Shown: positions 1-10,069, numbered from the stretch's first letter. The stretch is DNA of 64,000 nt from Candidatus Poribacteria bacterium (GCA_046582655.1 JAYGDX010000346.1:1-64000); one strand, 5' to 3'. The notes: generated from the letters alone by a model not told the origin. Numbers and translations are program-made.

Positions 1-310
1 GCCAAGTTGTTGGTTTCAGTTTAGTCCAAGCCATGAATGTGTAGGGATCGGAATTAAAAACATCGTTGTGGTCTATCCTGACATAACTATCCCCTTTGCC
101 TGGGAACTGTAAGGCTCTTCCAAACTTTCCGTTTGCAGCCCATTTCGGGGCTCCTTTAATTTCCCCATCGTAACCGCCAACAGTGTCTTTAACTATTTTT
201 CCATTGGATTCTTCAAACAGCCAGGCGGCAGCTAGCCCCAGTTTAGCTCCTTCAACAAATGTGGAAGATATAAAAAGCGTAACTAAACATATTGAAGTTA
301 TGATCCACAT
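1..310 (-). CDS. Secreted LamG/ConA-like jellyroll protein, 5' part (runs off the window start)
   Basis: Manual translation from ATG at 310 (GAGG upstream): MWIITSICLVTLFISSTFVEGAKLGLAAAWLFEESNGKIVKDTVGGYDGEIKGAPKWAANGKFGRALQFPG...YTFMAW. It has a signal peptide plus the LamG W.F.E..G..V.D / GKFG.AL.F pattern. Not in the ORF track. Confidence 0.8.
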   Translation of the reverse strand, partial: MWIITSICLVTLFISSTFVEGAKLGLAAAWLFEESNGKIVKDTVGGYDGEIKGAPKWAANGKFGRALQFPGKGDSYVRIDHNDVFNSDPYTFMAWTKLKPTTW

Positions 311-570
311 TAAATTTAATCCTCTTTATTTTGCTTATTGGCATCACCTTGACACAGATTCAAAAACAGACAACTACCTAATTTCAGATGTACTGGAATT
401 TCAGCCATTTCGCCGGAATAACCCACAAGCGCCCATTAGCGAGATCGGCATCATCAATTGTCACCCATATACCACACGAAACTGAGATTTGGTTGTGACT
501 ATAAAGGATTTGAATAATCACATATCAGTACTGGTAAAAATGCTGTAATTCATTCGAAGACAAATTGTTT

Positions 571-1650
571 TTATCCATTTGCATCTTGTGAAACAGAACT
601 ATTTTTTGACTTTGACCTAGATTGACTACCTGCTTCAGAGAATAGAAACGAGAGTAAAGCGAAGCGCCGCCCATTTATCAGCTCTGTGACTTCATGCAGG
701 TGTGAACAGGAGAAAACAAGTGCCTCACCAACTCCCGGTTGATATAAATTAGGTCCGAACTCCGGAAACCTGAGGTACCCACCTTCATAATCTTGGTTTA
801 AATTCAAGCTCAGAGCAAAGCGTCGGTGGGCAGTAGAAGGACTCAAATTATCACGGTGAGCAGAGAAAAAACCGCTGGTATTCGCATTATAACAAACGAT
901 CTTGAATCCTTCAAATCGAGTAGCTTTAAACGCAAAAGCCCTCTGTATTTCTGGCATTAGACGTCGTCCAATTGACGAAGATAGAAATTGCAATAGTTTC
1001 TTGTCTGTTACGATGTGGTCTCGTCGTCTTTTACTATCGGATGTGATAACCTCCTGACGTCGATTTTCTTGTGATAACTCGACGCCGGTTTCAACATTCC
1101 CCCTAGTTTCCCAAACATCAATTAGGTGAAGACAAAGTTCCGGATCAAGTACGTTGGGTAACAGAAGAACTGGGGCTTGTGTCTTAATTTCCATCGGTTC
1201 AACATGAGGCCGTGATTCGGTAAAAACTGATATTAGATTCTTTACGGCCAGTTGAATATCCTCTAGTGGGATTGAAGTAAGCACACGTAGATTGGGATCG
1301 AGCAGAAAGATAATATTTTTCTCATCATCTACTAGGCGGTAAGTAGTTTTTATTGTCCCCTGAGGATCTAAGAATACTGGAAAATCAATCTTATTCTCTG
1401 TAGCAACCGATTGAGCTAATGGTAAATTGTTTTCTAGTATTGCCAGAATTGACATCTTGATAGAATTTCTGTTTTTAAGTTCTTCTGAGAAGCACAATAT
1501 TTTATCAATCTGATTAGCATCACTGAAAAGCAGTGCGGTAGGAGTACCACCCGCTTTGGCATAGAAACGAGTGGGCGTTCCATCTAAAGAGGGCAATATG
1601 AAATCAGGCGCTCTTTCGCCCCGACTTAATCGTGGTACTGGCTGTTTCAT
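571..1650 (-). CDS. Redoxin (AhpC/TSA-like) domain fused to a 2OG-Fe(II) oxygenase
   Basis: N-terminal GERAPDFILPSLDG...FPVFLDP...LLDPNLRV; C-terminal HRD...YEGGYLRFPEFG...HLHEVT...GRRF with an HxD...H triad and the 2OG Arg. Confidence 0.85.
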   Translation of the reverse strand: MKQPVPRLSRGERAPDFILPSLDGTPTRFYAKAGGTPTALLFSDANQIDKILCFSEELKNRNSIKMSILAILENNLPLAQSVATENKIDFPVFLDPQGTIKTTYRLVDDEKNIIFLLDPNLRVLTSIPLEDIQLAVKNLISVFTESRPHVEPMEIKTQAPVLLLPNVLDPELCLHLIDVWETRGNVETGVELSQENRRQEVITSDSKRRRDHIVTDKKLLQFLSSSIGRRLMPEIQRAFAFKATRFEGFKIVCYNANTSGFFSAHRDNLSPSTAHRRFALSLNLNQDYEGGYLRFPEFGPNLYQPGVGEALVFSCSHLHEVTELINGRRFALLSFLFSEAGSQSRSKSKNSSVSQDANG

Positions 1651-1679
1651 TCTTTGGATCTTTGTATATCAACTTAAGT

Positions 1680-2408
1680 TGGGTTCGATTTTCCGATAAT
1701 ATTGTCCATACGCATTCTAATCAGAGATTTGTATTCATCTAGCATGGAATACATGTTCGGCAACAATTTCTGGAGAGACTCCAGATTCCAAGGCTTCCTG
1801 AAGAAAATGATTACCAGTTACCTGCTCGTTAGAAGATTTGTCCTGAATTTGATTGGGGCGATTTCGGCTAGCGTCCAGAATACGCGTCCTTACCCATCCT
1901 GGGCAAAGAACTGAAGTCTTAACTTTGGTATTCATCTCAGACAGCGAATGATAGAGCTGTTCTGACAACGCGGCCACGGCATGTTTTGTAACATGATAGT
2001 TGAACTCGTAAAGTTACTTAATAGTCCCACCACGGAAGCCGTGTTAACAATGTGGCTCAGTATCCTGGGCTAGCATGGATGGCACAAATACACGAAGACC
2101 GTGAATCACGCCACACATGTTGACGTCTACTACTCATTGCCAATCAAGCCAGAGTACTTTCCAAAATTGTACTGCCAGCGGCCACTCCAGCATTGCTAAA
2201 GAGCAGATGAATACCTCCAAAAGAGTCCAGTGTTTTTTGTGCCAGCGCTTCTAAATCATTTGCTTTAGAGACATCTGTTACTATAGATATCACATCTGCC
2301 CCTTCAGCTCCAAAATAATTTTCAGCTTGAATCAGGTCGGATTGCTCGATGTCAGCCAGGACAATCTTTATTCCTTGCTGGACACAGTTTCCCCTTGAAG
2401 GCTTTCAT
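1680..2408 (-). pseudogene. Decayed short-chain dehydrogenase (SDR)
   Basis: Fragments in several frames: MKAFKGK / CVQQGIKIVLADIE...VTDVSK...LLFSNAGV / HIVNTASV / YHVTKHAVAALSEQLY...VLCPGWVRTRI. The TGxxxGxG segment is deleted and there are internal stops and frameshifts. Confidence 0.8.
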
Positions 2409-2464
2409 GCTTTAAAATTACCTTTTAAAAAAACAGGAGTACTTGGTACCTGAATAAAGTTTTA

Positions 2465-2776
2465 TTAATCTTCATCTTGTTGAATATTATTCCAACTATC
2501 CAAGAATCTGCGACCGTCAAGGTAACCGTCTGTCGTTCCATAGGTTGTTAAATCTCCAGAATCATCCACTTTTTGAAGTGTTCCTGTAACTTTGTTGAGT
2601 AAAAAACCAGTGCCTCCCGATGTTGAAGGATAGTATTCATATACTGGTGCTGAACTTCGGGACGTTGTATAACGCGTTGTTTGTGCCGTAACGTCTATAA
2701 TATTTGGCGTCAGTTGTCCTAACACGACCAGTAGCCCCCCCACTAACATGTACATTATTTTTTGACGTAATTTCAC
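2465..2776 (-). CDS. Small secreted or membrane-anchored hypothetical protein
   Basis: 103 aa; GTG start with GAGG RBS; basic then hydrophobic N-terminus ending VTAQ. Confidence 0.6.
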   Translation of the reverse strand: MKLRQKIMYMLVGGLLVVLGQLTPNIIDVTAQTTRYTTSRSSAPVYEYYPSTSGGTGFLLNKVTGTLQKVDDSGDLTTYGTTDGYLDGRRFLDSWNNIQQDED

Positions 2777-2805
2777 AAGATTAACCTCATTTCGATTTTA
2801 CCAGG

Positions 2806-3264
2806 CTAGTTGTTATTTTTCGGTTGCAGATAGATGCCGAAGTTTGACAGTGCAGGATTGAGTCGCGAAGCTAAGACACGGATCCGTAACCTCTGCGCCG
2901 TCGTTTGAGGAATTCGGCAGATTCGTTTGTATCCAATAGTCGTTTCCTCAATTAACTGTATCCAATTGCCGTCAGATTCAGCGTCAACAGCGAAATGGGA
3001 AATACGTTGACTGTAATTACCAATTGGTTCCTGTAACAAGACACGATTAAATGTCTTCATGTCACTAAGCTGTATTGTTAATTCAGCTTGATTTTGACAT
3101 TCAGTCGCCATCCAGCAGGATTGAGGAGGGTCTTCATCTACCAACTTACTGGCTTCAAAACCTAGGTGACAAAGTGAACCTTCTACTGTTGCTCCCGCAG
3201 CTAGGTTGGAGGTGGTGACACATTCAGCAGGAACACAGTATTTCCGCCTACCGATCGATACCAT
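2806..3264 (-). pseudogene. Orphan F5/8-type (discoidin) module resembling the C-terminus of GH29 alpha-L-fucosidases
   Basis: SNLAAGATV...FNRVLLQEPIG...QRISHFAVDA...TTIGYKRI...AQRLRIRV. No catalytic domain upstream. Confidence 0.6.
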
Positions 3265-3269
3265 ATATC

Positions 3270-3891
3270 AAGTATTTCCTCAGTACTCAACCTGTCATTG
3301 GAGGAGATCAAGATTTGAACCTAATACCGTACACATAGCCATCGGAACATACCAAGATAAGTTGTGGTTGATTGTTTCTACCGCGAGGTGCGTTTAATCT
3401 ATTGCGAATATGCACTCATCTTCCATTGATTTTCATGCCGCACAAAGATCCGACCTCGAAGTGGGTATTCAGGATCCGGATGTTCAAAGCTGGTGTTAAA
3501 CTCTACTTTTTGTAGTCCAGCATAATTGGGTAGGAACTTGCCAACCTTGAAAGTCCCATTTGGAGAAACCGAAGTTAAGTCTCCAGAATCATCAAAATCC
3601 AATAACGGAAATCCAAACTTCCATCTTTTAAGAGTATCATCAAGGGAACCTGTATTCGTATTTGGTAAGACAAGTTCATCGGCGAGATTATTAGATAATT
3701 GGATGTATAATTAGAGTTTCTCGTGCTCCGATAATTTTTTCCCATTTTATTTGAGGGTATAGTATATTGCCTTTAAGCAACGACCTCCCTGTTAGAAACC
3801 GATTTCCCCTAAACTGGTGCCAATCTTCTTGTTTCGACTTCAGTTTAGGGGAAACATAGAATATATATAATGCTGGGTAAAAGGAAAGCAT
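3270..3891 (-). pseudogene. Broken N-terminal remnant of a secreted protein (possibly FG-GAP/PQQ-like propeller type)
   Basis: Consecutive fragments DWHQFRGNRFLTGRS...IKWE, then ELVLP...WKFGFPLLDFDDSG...KVGKFLP...LQKVEF, interrupted by frameshifts. Confidence 0.45.
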
Positions 3892-3900
3892 GTTTGAACT

Positions 3901-4677
3901 TCAATCTTCAACAATAAAACGGCATAGTGATTGCGATCGTGGAGAAACATTTTCATAAGATGATCGAGAGAGGATTTTGTTCATATGAGGCAATCGAAAC
4001 CAAGGTGCCAGGTAAAGAACATCGAGCATAGGCCTAATTTCATCCGAGTTATTAGCGGTACCGCCGTGCCAACAGCGGACATCACGAATAATAACTGTTC
4101 CGGCAGGTGCACAAACAATCGAGGACTTCATCCAATCCGGTTCATACTCAAGCTTTGGAATAGGTCGGCGAGAACGGTGAGTTCCTGGTATAAATCGAAT
4201 TGCACCATTGATTGCTTTAAACTCAGTCATCAGGAAATTGACAGCAACATAGGGGGTCGGGACATCCTGAATTTTTACTTGGGATAGAGGGTCATTTAAA
4301 AGATCAGACAGATCTGAATGTAAAGGTTGAATCTTGGCACCTGGTGTCGAATAGTCTCCTCCTGCTCCAATACAGATATAATCTGAACCTCCCCACACCT
4401 GTTCAAGTATGGGAAGGATGGTCGGTAAATCTATGAGTTGATACCATTCCGGCAGATGAATGCGTTGTTGGTTGAAAGAATAGCGTGCATACCCACGATT
4501 TGCCACTTCAATTGGTATTTCTGCCATCTGATTTGCCACTTCTCGTCTGGTACCAGATTGAGCCAAGGCCAATTGATTCGGTGTAAGTGCATCCCGAATG
4601 ATAACAAAACCGTCTCGATTAAAAATGGATACGGATCTGTCAATCTCCGTATGGGAAACCACCTCGAAATCAAGCAT
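3901..4677 (-). CDS. PhyH-family Fe(II)/2OG dioxygenase
   Basis: FNRDGFVII, QPLHSD, NGAIRFIPGTH, RCWHGGTAN...R. Confidence 0.88.
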   Translation of the reverse strand: MLDFEVVSHTEIDRSVSIFNRDGFVIIRDALTPNQLALAQSGTRREVANQMAEIPIEVANRGYARYSFNQQRIHLPEWYQLIDLPTILPILEQVWGGSDYICIGAGGDYSTPGAKIQPLHSDLSDLLNDPLSQVKIQDVPTPYVAVNFLMTEFKAINGAIRFIPGTHRSRRPIPKLEYEPDWMKSSIVCAPAGTVIIRDVRCWHGGTANNSDEIRPMLDVLYLAPWFRLPHMNKILSRSSYENVSPRSQSLCRFIVED

Positions 4678-4832
4678 AGGTATAGGGTTTCAAAATTTGG
4701 TGATCATTGATCTTTTTTTCGACAGCAGGAATTGCTTGACATTATATCATCTATAGTAAAACATGACTGACATAAATCCTTCTATTAACTAACCTGCACT
4801 CTCTTCTTGATTAAAAGTCTAAAGGAGGCACA

Positions 4833-5639
4833 ATGGAGACCAATATCTTAACTTTAGAACAAAAGCGGAAATGGAAGAAAAATGGATATCTTATACTGCG
4901 GAACGTTCTGTCCCAACAGGAAATCAAGAACTTAACAATGGTTGTTGATCAAATGTACCAAGAGCATCTTCAACAACCTGAGGTTAAACCGAATGCGGAA
5001 TTTGACCGAAGAAACGTCATGGATGAAAATGATATCTTTCTTCCATTGATGGATCATCAGGTGACATTCCCAATTGTGCTGGAGCTAATGGATCCCTATA
5101 TATTACTAGGTATGTCCGAGGTCATTGTTCGCCCACCTAATCCCGAATCAAATGGAATTTTACACACAGATGGTGGCCAAGCGATGCGACAGATAAGGGT
5201 TAGCCAAAGCAGCTTGCCGTTACAGATTAAAATCCAGTATTTTCTGACAGACCTTGAAGAGGCAGATAGCGGGAATTTTACGATTGTTCCGGGCAGTCAC
5301 AATCGCCCGTTTCCAGAAGGAGGATTCAAGGATGGACCATACATTCCCGAAGCCATTCAGTTGTGCGTGCGTGCCGGCGATGCCGTTGTTTTCCCTCACG
5401 CATTGTGGCACGGTTTCGTTGCCAACAGGTCAAGAAACTCGCGTAAAACGTTAGTTTACTGTTACGTTCATCAATGTCTTCGTGCGTTCGATTATTATGA
5501 TGTTTCGGATGAACTTATGGAACGCTGTACGCCAAGGCAGCGAAGGTTGATTGGTGATATCGGAGAATGGCAGCCGGGTTCTTATTTCTATTCGCCACCG
5601 GATCAGGTACAGATGATAGAAGGGATTATAGACGGATAA
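4833..5639 (+). CDS. PhyH-family Fe(II)/2OG dioxygenase
   Basis: AAGGAGG RBS; NGYLIL, LHTDG, GNFTIVPGSH, AGDAVVF..ALWHG...N.S...RK. Confidence 0.9.
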   Translation: METNILTLEQKRKWKKNGYLILRNVLSQQEIKNLTMVVDQMYQEHLQQPEVKPNAEFDRRNVMDENDIFLPLMDHQVTFPIVLELMDPYILLGMSEVIVRPPNPESNGILHTDGGQAMRQIRVSQSSLPLQIKIQYFLTDLEEADSGNFTIVPGSHNRPFPEGGFKDGPYIPEAIQLCVRAGDAVVFPHALWHGFVANRSRNSRKTLVYCYVHQCLRAFDYYDVSDELMERCTPRQRRLIGDIGEWQPGSYFYSPPDQVQMIEGIIDG

Positions 5640-5648
5640 GTTCATGAT

Positions 5649-6413
5649 CTAGAAAGATTTGATTCGTCCCCAAATCAAACCAAGTTTGTTTTTAGATTCC
5701 ACTGAAAATGGACGGTAACCGTTTTGGAATTCCTCTGTAATTGCATCCTCGGTTAAGGCAACATCCAGGATACGGGCTTCATCAAGCAACCCAGTAAAAA
5801 AATTGTTGCCCCAAGTTCCAATAAAGACAGATCCTTCAGAGGTTCTGGCTGCTTTGGCTAGAGGTGCTTTATCAGCCTGCTCTCCGTCGATGTAACACTT
5901 TACTGCTTTCCCATCATACGTACCTACAAGAAAGTGCCAGTCATTGTTTTCCCAATCACCGTTTTTGCTAACCCATTTTACTGTATCATTAGGTTCGACT
6001 AGATACATGGAAACCGATTTGCTTCCGCCTGTTAGGTAGATTCCCCATTCGTAGTTTCTGCCGCCACCAAGATGCACCTTATAGATCAAAAACCGCCCTT
6101 TTTGCGGTAACTTGGTTTTGAACCAGATCTGAAGTGTCATCTCTTTTGACATGTTCAGGCTCTTAGAGTGTGGTACTTCAATCTTTGAAGCTCCATCAAA
6201 TTCCATCGCCCCACCAAATTTACCCCCCTTTATCCACTTCGCTTTTCCTATCAGTGTTCCATGGTTATCATATTCCGATTGATCCTGAATAGTATCCTTG
6301 GTAGGTGGTTGATCAAACGACATGTAGAGAACGACGTTATCAGGCTGCAATGCTATTGCTTTTGTTAAATGCCCTAAAATCCCAATTAAAACAAGAAATC
6401 CGATTTTGCGAAT
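5649..6413 (-). CDS. Secreted LamG-domain protein with C-terminal KLxxxWGxIK tail; probable ATT start
   Basis: VLYMSFD...DQSEYDNHGTL...GKFGGAMEFDG...WHFLVGTYDG...YIDG...FTGLLDEARI...KLGLIWGRIK. The frame extends 21 codons upstream of 6350 to ATT at 6413, 6 nt after AAGGAGG, which adds a signal peptide. Confidence 0.85.
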   Translation of the reverse strand: MRKIGFLVLIGILGHLTKAIALQPDNVVLYMSFDQPPTKDTIQDQSEYDNHGTLIGKAKWIKGGKFGGAMEFDGASKIEVPHSKSLNMSKEMTLQIWFKTKLPQKGRFLIYKVHLGGGRNYEWGIYLTGGSKSVSMYLVEPNDTVKWVSKNGDWENNDWHFLVGTYDGKAVKCYIDGEQADKAPLAKAARTSEGSVFIGTWGNNFFTGLLDEARILDVALTEDAITEEFQNGYRPFSVESKNKLGLIWGRIKSF

Positions 6414-6464
6414 TTTATGCCTCCTTGGAGTTGGTATTGCGGATCATTATTCTTAACACAAGAC

Positions 6465-7208
6465 TCATAATACTTGCATCTCTGCTGGTATGTTAGCATC
6501 AGTTGAGATATTGGCAAAGGCGATAGATAAGGTAAAAGCCGTTTCGTCATACGCATCCAACCAATGCGGGGCTTTGCATGGACTCCATATCGCGTTGCCC
6601 GGTTCCAATTCATAAATCAATATATCATCATCAGATAGTTCGGTTGGCTTTATCATAGCTCGATGTTTTTCTTCGAGCACATCGTTCGGACACCAATAGT
6701 TAGGGGATTTTAGGCTGTGAAACCTTTTTCGACCATGTAACTGCACAATTAGCACACTTGAAGGATCCCAATGATAATTGGTTGAACAATTTGGTCCACT
6801 TAGGAATAATATTGGATAGACCTTCTGCCACCTTAGTCCATGACTTTTCCACAGTTGTGTCAAAGGCAAGTATACCTGTTGTATAACCTCAGCCAAGGCG
6901 CCGTCCTTTTCTCGCATCGAGCTCAAGTCGAACAATGAGAGATGGATTGGAGTTTTCACTGCTTTGGCTAGAGGGAAGTTTCTAAAGTCGGTATCTGGTT
7001 CTTGGAGAGTCAAAAGAATACGATCTCCCTGTTCTCCTTTAGCAATTCGTGTTTTAGGGTCATGTCGTGCTTGTTCAACAACTTGACATAGGTCCGGTTT
7101 AGGAACTTCAAACGGAAACACCTCGCCGTTTACAGGATGCGCAATTGAAGTTGATAATACGGTACGGAACTGATCGAAGGTGGTAATTACACTTTCATTG
7201 CCAAACAT
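6465..7208 (-). CDS. Cupin/JmjC-like oxygenase-fold protein
   Basis: LFLSGPNCSTNYHWDP...VQLHGRKRF...YELEPGNAIW.P...PHW (HxD...H). Confidence 0.75.
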   Translation of the reverse strand: MFGNESVITTFDQFRTVLSTSIAHPVNGEVFPFEVPKPDLCQVVEQARHDPKTRIAKGEQGDRILLTLQEPDTDFRNFPLAKAVKTPIHLSLFDLSSMREKDGALAEVIQQVYLPLTQLWKSHGLRWQKVYPILFLSGPNCSTNYHWDPSSVLIVQLHGRKRFHSLKSPNYWCPNDVLEEKHRAMIKPTELSDDDILIYELEPGNAIWSPCKAPHWLDAYDETAFTLSIAFANISTDANIPAEMQVL

Positions 7209-7216
7209 GTCTAATT

Positions 7217-8038
7217 CTAATCGGGTCTCCGGCGTTTCCCGGTTTCATAGTCAATCTCAAGTAACAGCTTGAGTACTTCTTCAAGTGGAAGATTGGAATC
7301 ATTTTCTGTTCGTTGGATGTATTCGCGAGTTTTGCGGTTAAAAACGCTATAAAAGGCCCTAACCTCAGGATCTGTATGGTCTCGCCAAAGATGAGTGGGA
7401 ATAATCGAATCTTCGCTTAGGTAAGGTTGATGCCGGTGCCCGTAGTAAACCTGAACTGATTTCCTTTCCTGATTAGTCTTTCGCGTAGTTGCCGTGTGCA
7501 AAACGGATACATTGAATAGTATTGCCGTACCGGCTTCGCCATACAGATCCTGCATTCCTCCATGCTCAAGTTGTGATTCGGTATTTAAAACATCTTGATC
7601 TACCGATTCAGGGGATATGGAGAAGCAATGTGTTGTTTCGTCAACGTCAGCTAAATATACCATCAGCTGAATATAGTCCATCCGAAGCGGATGCTCTAAC
7701 AAGTGTGAACGATCACGATGCCAACCCCGATGAAGTTCGCCATCGTATGGTTCCATATGTCGAATGCAAATCTCGGAGAAGCAGGTTTTACCTCCCATTA
7801 ATTCAGATATTGGTTCCATTACTTTCGGATGCCTGAGAAGACTGTCAAATTCAGGCGAAGTTGCAAGAGCATCACAATTAATTGATTGATGATTACCGAA
7901 CTTATACCAATGATATCCAGTCTCTGTCCGGTCACGATCAAATACTTTTACGAAAGTTTCTGTTTCCTTGTCATCCAGAATTTTACCTAAAGGTAAGTAA
8001 CCATTTTGCTGAAAAAACTGATAATCCTCTTTTGTCAC
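7217..8038 (-). CDS. PhyH-family Fe(II)/2OG dioxygenase
   Basis: FFQQNGYL, GWHRD, AGTAILFN...LHTAT...RKS.QVYYGH; GTG start after GAGGTGA. Confidence 0.85.
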   Translation of the reverse strand: MTKEDYQFFQQNGYLPLGKILDDKETETFVKVFDRDRTETGYHWYKFGNHQSINCDALATSPEFDSLLRHPKVMEPISELMGGKTCFSEICIRHMEPYDGELHRGWHRDRSHLLEHPLRMDYIQLMVYLADVDETTHCFSISPESVDQDVLNTESQLEHGGMQDLYGEAGTAILFNVSVLHTATTRKTNQERKSVQVYYGHRHQPYLSEDSIIPTHLWRDHTDPEVRAFYSVFNRKTREYIQRTENDSNLPLEEVLKLLLEIDYETGKRRRPD

Positions 8039-8211
8039 CCAATCACCTCAATATACACTTGTTCTTATACAGATATCACTTAACTCCCGTCTGCTTCACT
8101 AATACAAATCTCACTCGGTTGACCGAAAAAATGAAGCATGATACGGTAGTCCTTTCATCACTGTAGCATGCTTCACAATCTTATTCAAATTATAAAGGAG
8201 GTAGAGGGAAG

Positions 8212-9108
8212 ATGAAAACTGAACGACTCCAAAAAAAAAACATAGATGTTGCAGTGTCTTTCATAAATGATGTTTATGCGGATACAGAAGGATTTAAGAT
8301 GGTGAGCATAGAAGACCTTGAAATATCAACAGGCGCGACTGTTTTTTCTGGGTGGATGGGCAGTGAGTTAACCAGTCTCGTCTACGGCAAAATGCTGGAT
8401 CCCAATCAAGGGGGCATCCACTGGGCTTGTGTTAAAAGAGATTTTAGAGGTGAATGTCATAGTCTGGAACCAATGCAGGCGTGCATTCTTGAATTAAAGG
8501 AAAAAGGGGCTGATCGAATTCATGTTTCTAGCTGGTTAGATTCCCCTTATCGGCGAGTGTTAAAGCATTTCGAGTCATCTGGAGTAAAGGTTGAACATGG
8601 GCAGCTAACCTTATTTTTAGATATGCAGCGATGCGAAAAAAAGGCCCAACCAATTAAATCTGGTTATAAGTTACACTCCTTTAGGGAAGGTGACGATCAG
8701 ACTTGGGCAAAGGTTAAAAACGCAATCTTCGGCAGCTCATCCACCGCATCAGATTTTTGGACTCAAAACTTCTTGGGTGTTGATATGAGGTCGGACTTCG
8801 ATCCACAAGGTTTTTTCTTTGCTGAACAGGAAGGCAATCCCATTGGGATTTGTGCTGGTCTAGTCTTGCATAACCGAAATAAAATTGGTGAATCTTATCT
8901 CGGTGGTATTGGTTGGACGGGGGTTGTAGAAGAACACAGGGGATCGGGATTAGGTCGGGCACTAATGATGAGCGCGTTAAATTACCTTGATGAAAAAGGC
9001 ATTATTCTGACAGAAGTCGGCACTCAATTTCACAGGACAGCAGCACTCAATTTGTATGAAAGCATTGGTTTTCAGATCCACATTGCTTCGTTTAATCTAT
9101 TATTATAA
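8212..9108 (+). CDS. Tandem GNAT acetyltransferase (MshD-like architecture)
   Basis: C-terminal GVVEEHRGSGLGRALM...AALNLYESIGF; degenerate N-terminal GNAT (WACVKRDFRGE). Confidence 0.8.
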   Translation: MKTERLQKKNIDVAVSFINDVYADTEGFKMVSIEDLEISTGATVFSGWMGSELTSLVYGKMLDPNQGGIHWACVKRDFRGECHSLEPMQACILELKEKGADRIHVSSWLDSPYRRVLKHFESSGVKVEHGQLTLFLDMQRCEKKAQPIKSGYKLHSFREGDDQTWAKVKNAIFGSSSTASDFWTQNFLGVDMRSDFDPQGFFFAEQEGNPIGICAGLVLHNRNKIGESYLGGIGWTGVVEEHRGSGLGRALMMSALNYLDEKGIILTEVGTQFHRTAALNLYESIGFQIHIASFNLLL

Positions 9109-9137
9109 ACGCAATCAGGAATCAAACGCAATCAGGA
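9107..9137. repeat. 14-bp direct repeat at a convergent gene junction
   Basis: AAACGCAATCAGGA at 9107-9120 and 9124-9137, separated by ATC. Confidence 0.85.
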
Positions 9138-9886
9138 TACTCCTGACCACGTAAAAGTGGAAAGTCTGGTTTGTTTTCAGTATCTCCTACCCAGTTAGAA
9201 TCTGCTCGCATGTAGCTAGTTACCAGTCCACGGCGACGGTAGGGGGTTTTATTTTCAAAACTCCCGTGCACAGTTAAGCTATGATGAAAACTACAACCGC
9301 CAGCTTTTAGGATTACGGGAGTCGCTTTTGATGCATCCACGCCTTGAGTGTGTAAAAAATCTCTTCGGTCATGAGGCCAGAGTCCTTTTTTATAGCTGCC
9401 AGACAACATTCGCACACAACCGTTTTCTTCTGTGGCATCATCCAGAGCTGTCCAACAACTGACCAGTGCGGAAGGACTAATCGATGTCCAATAAGCAGAA
9501 TCCTGATGCCAAGAAACAATTGAGCCATGGAAAGCGGGTTTCATTAACGTTTGGGTATGAAACAGCTTAATGTCTTCTGTACCGATAAGTTCAGCGACAA
9601 CGTCTAGTATCTTCGGATTATTAGCGTGCTTGAAAAGCATATCATCGTGAAGGTGCGGATCTAAAAGTTGCCAGACTTTATCACGACGTGAAACACTTTG
9701 GAGTTCTCTTGTTTGAACAGCAGCCTCCAAACGTACTCCGATTTTCTCTGCATTACAATGCTCCCCTGACGCAAGTGCGTCAATTCTTTGACGTAAATCT
9801 CCTAGTTCCTTTTTCAATAGGATGGAACCATAGATTAAGAACCCATCGCGTTCATAATTTAATTTTTGAGCATCTGTTAAAATCAT
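9122..9886 (-). CDS. PhyH-family Fe(II)/2OG dioxygenase
   Basis: YERDGFL, KPAFHGS.VSWHQDSAYW, WTALDDATEENGC, FHHSLTVHGSFEN...RR. Confidence 0.92.
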   Translation of the reverse strand: MILTDAQKLNYERDGFLIYGSILLKKELGDLRQRIDALASGEHCNAEKIGVRLEAAVQTRELQSVSRRDKVWQLLDPHLHDDMLFKHANNPKILDVVAELIGTEDIKLFHTQTLMKPAFHGSIVSWHQDSAYWTSISPSALVSCWTALDDATEENGCVRMLSGSYKKGLWPHDRRDFLHTQGVDASKATPVILKAGGCSFHHSLTVHGSFENKTPYRRRGLVTSYMRADSNWVGDTENKPDFPLLRGQEYPDCV

Positions 9887-9952
9887 TTGAAGACTCCTCT
9901 ATTCACCGGAATCAGATAATGAATAACATTTAACTTTAAACCTGATCCTGAG

Positions 9953-9981
9953 TTGACAGCTGATACCATCCATAATAAGAT
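9953..9981 (+). promoter_or_regulatory. Putative sigma70 promoter for the propeller/M28 genes
   Basis: TTGACA (9953-9958), 17-nt spacer, TAAGAT (9976-9981). Confidence 0.55.
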
Positions 9982-10069
9982 GATTTTATCCTAGCACCTT
10001 GTTAGAATTAAATCAATTCCGACTGATAAAGCTTAATTTATTATATAGAATCGAATCATGGAGGGGGAA

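Noticed and set aside
2530..3600. Near-identical 20-mer encoding DDSGDLT in two neighbouring ORFs
   Set aside because: Similarity does not extend beyond 7 codons; probably chance or a generic loop.
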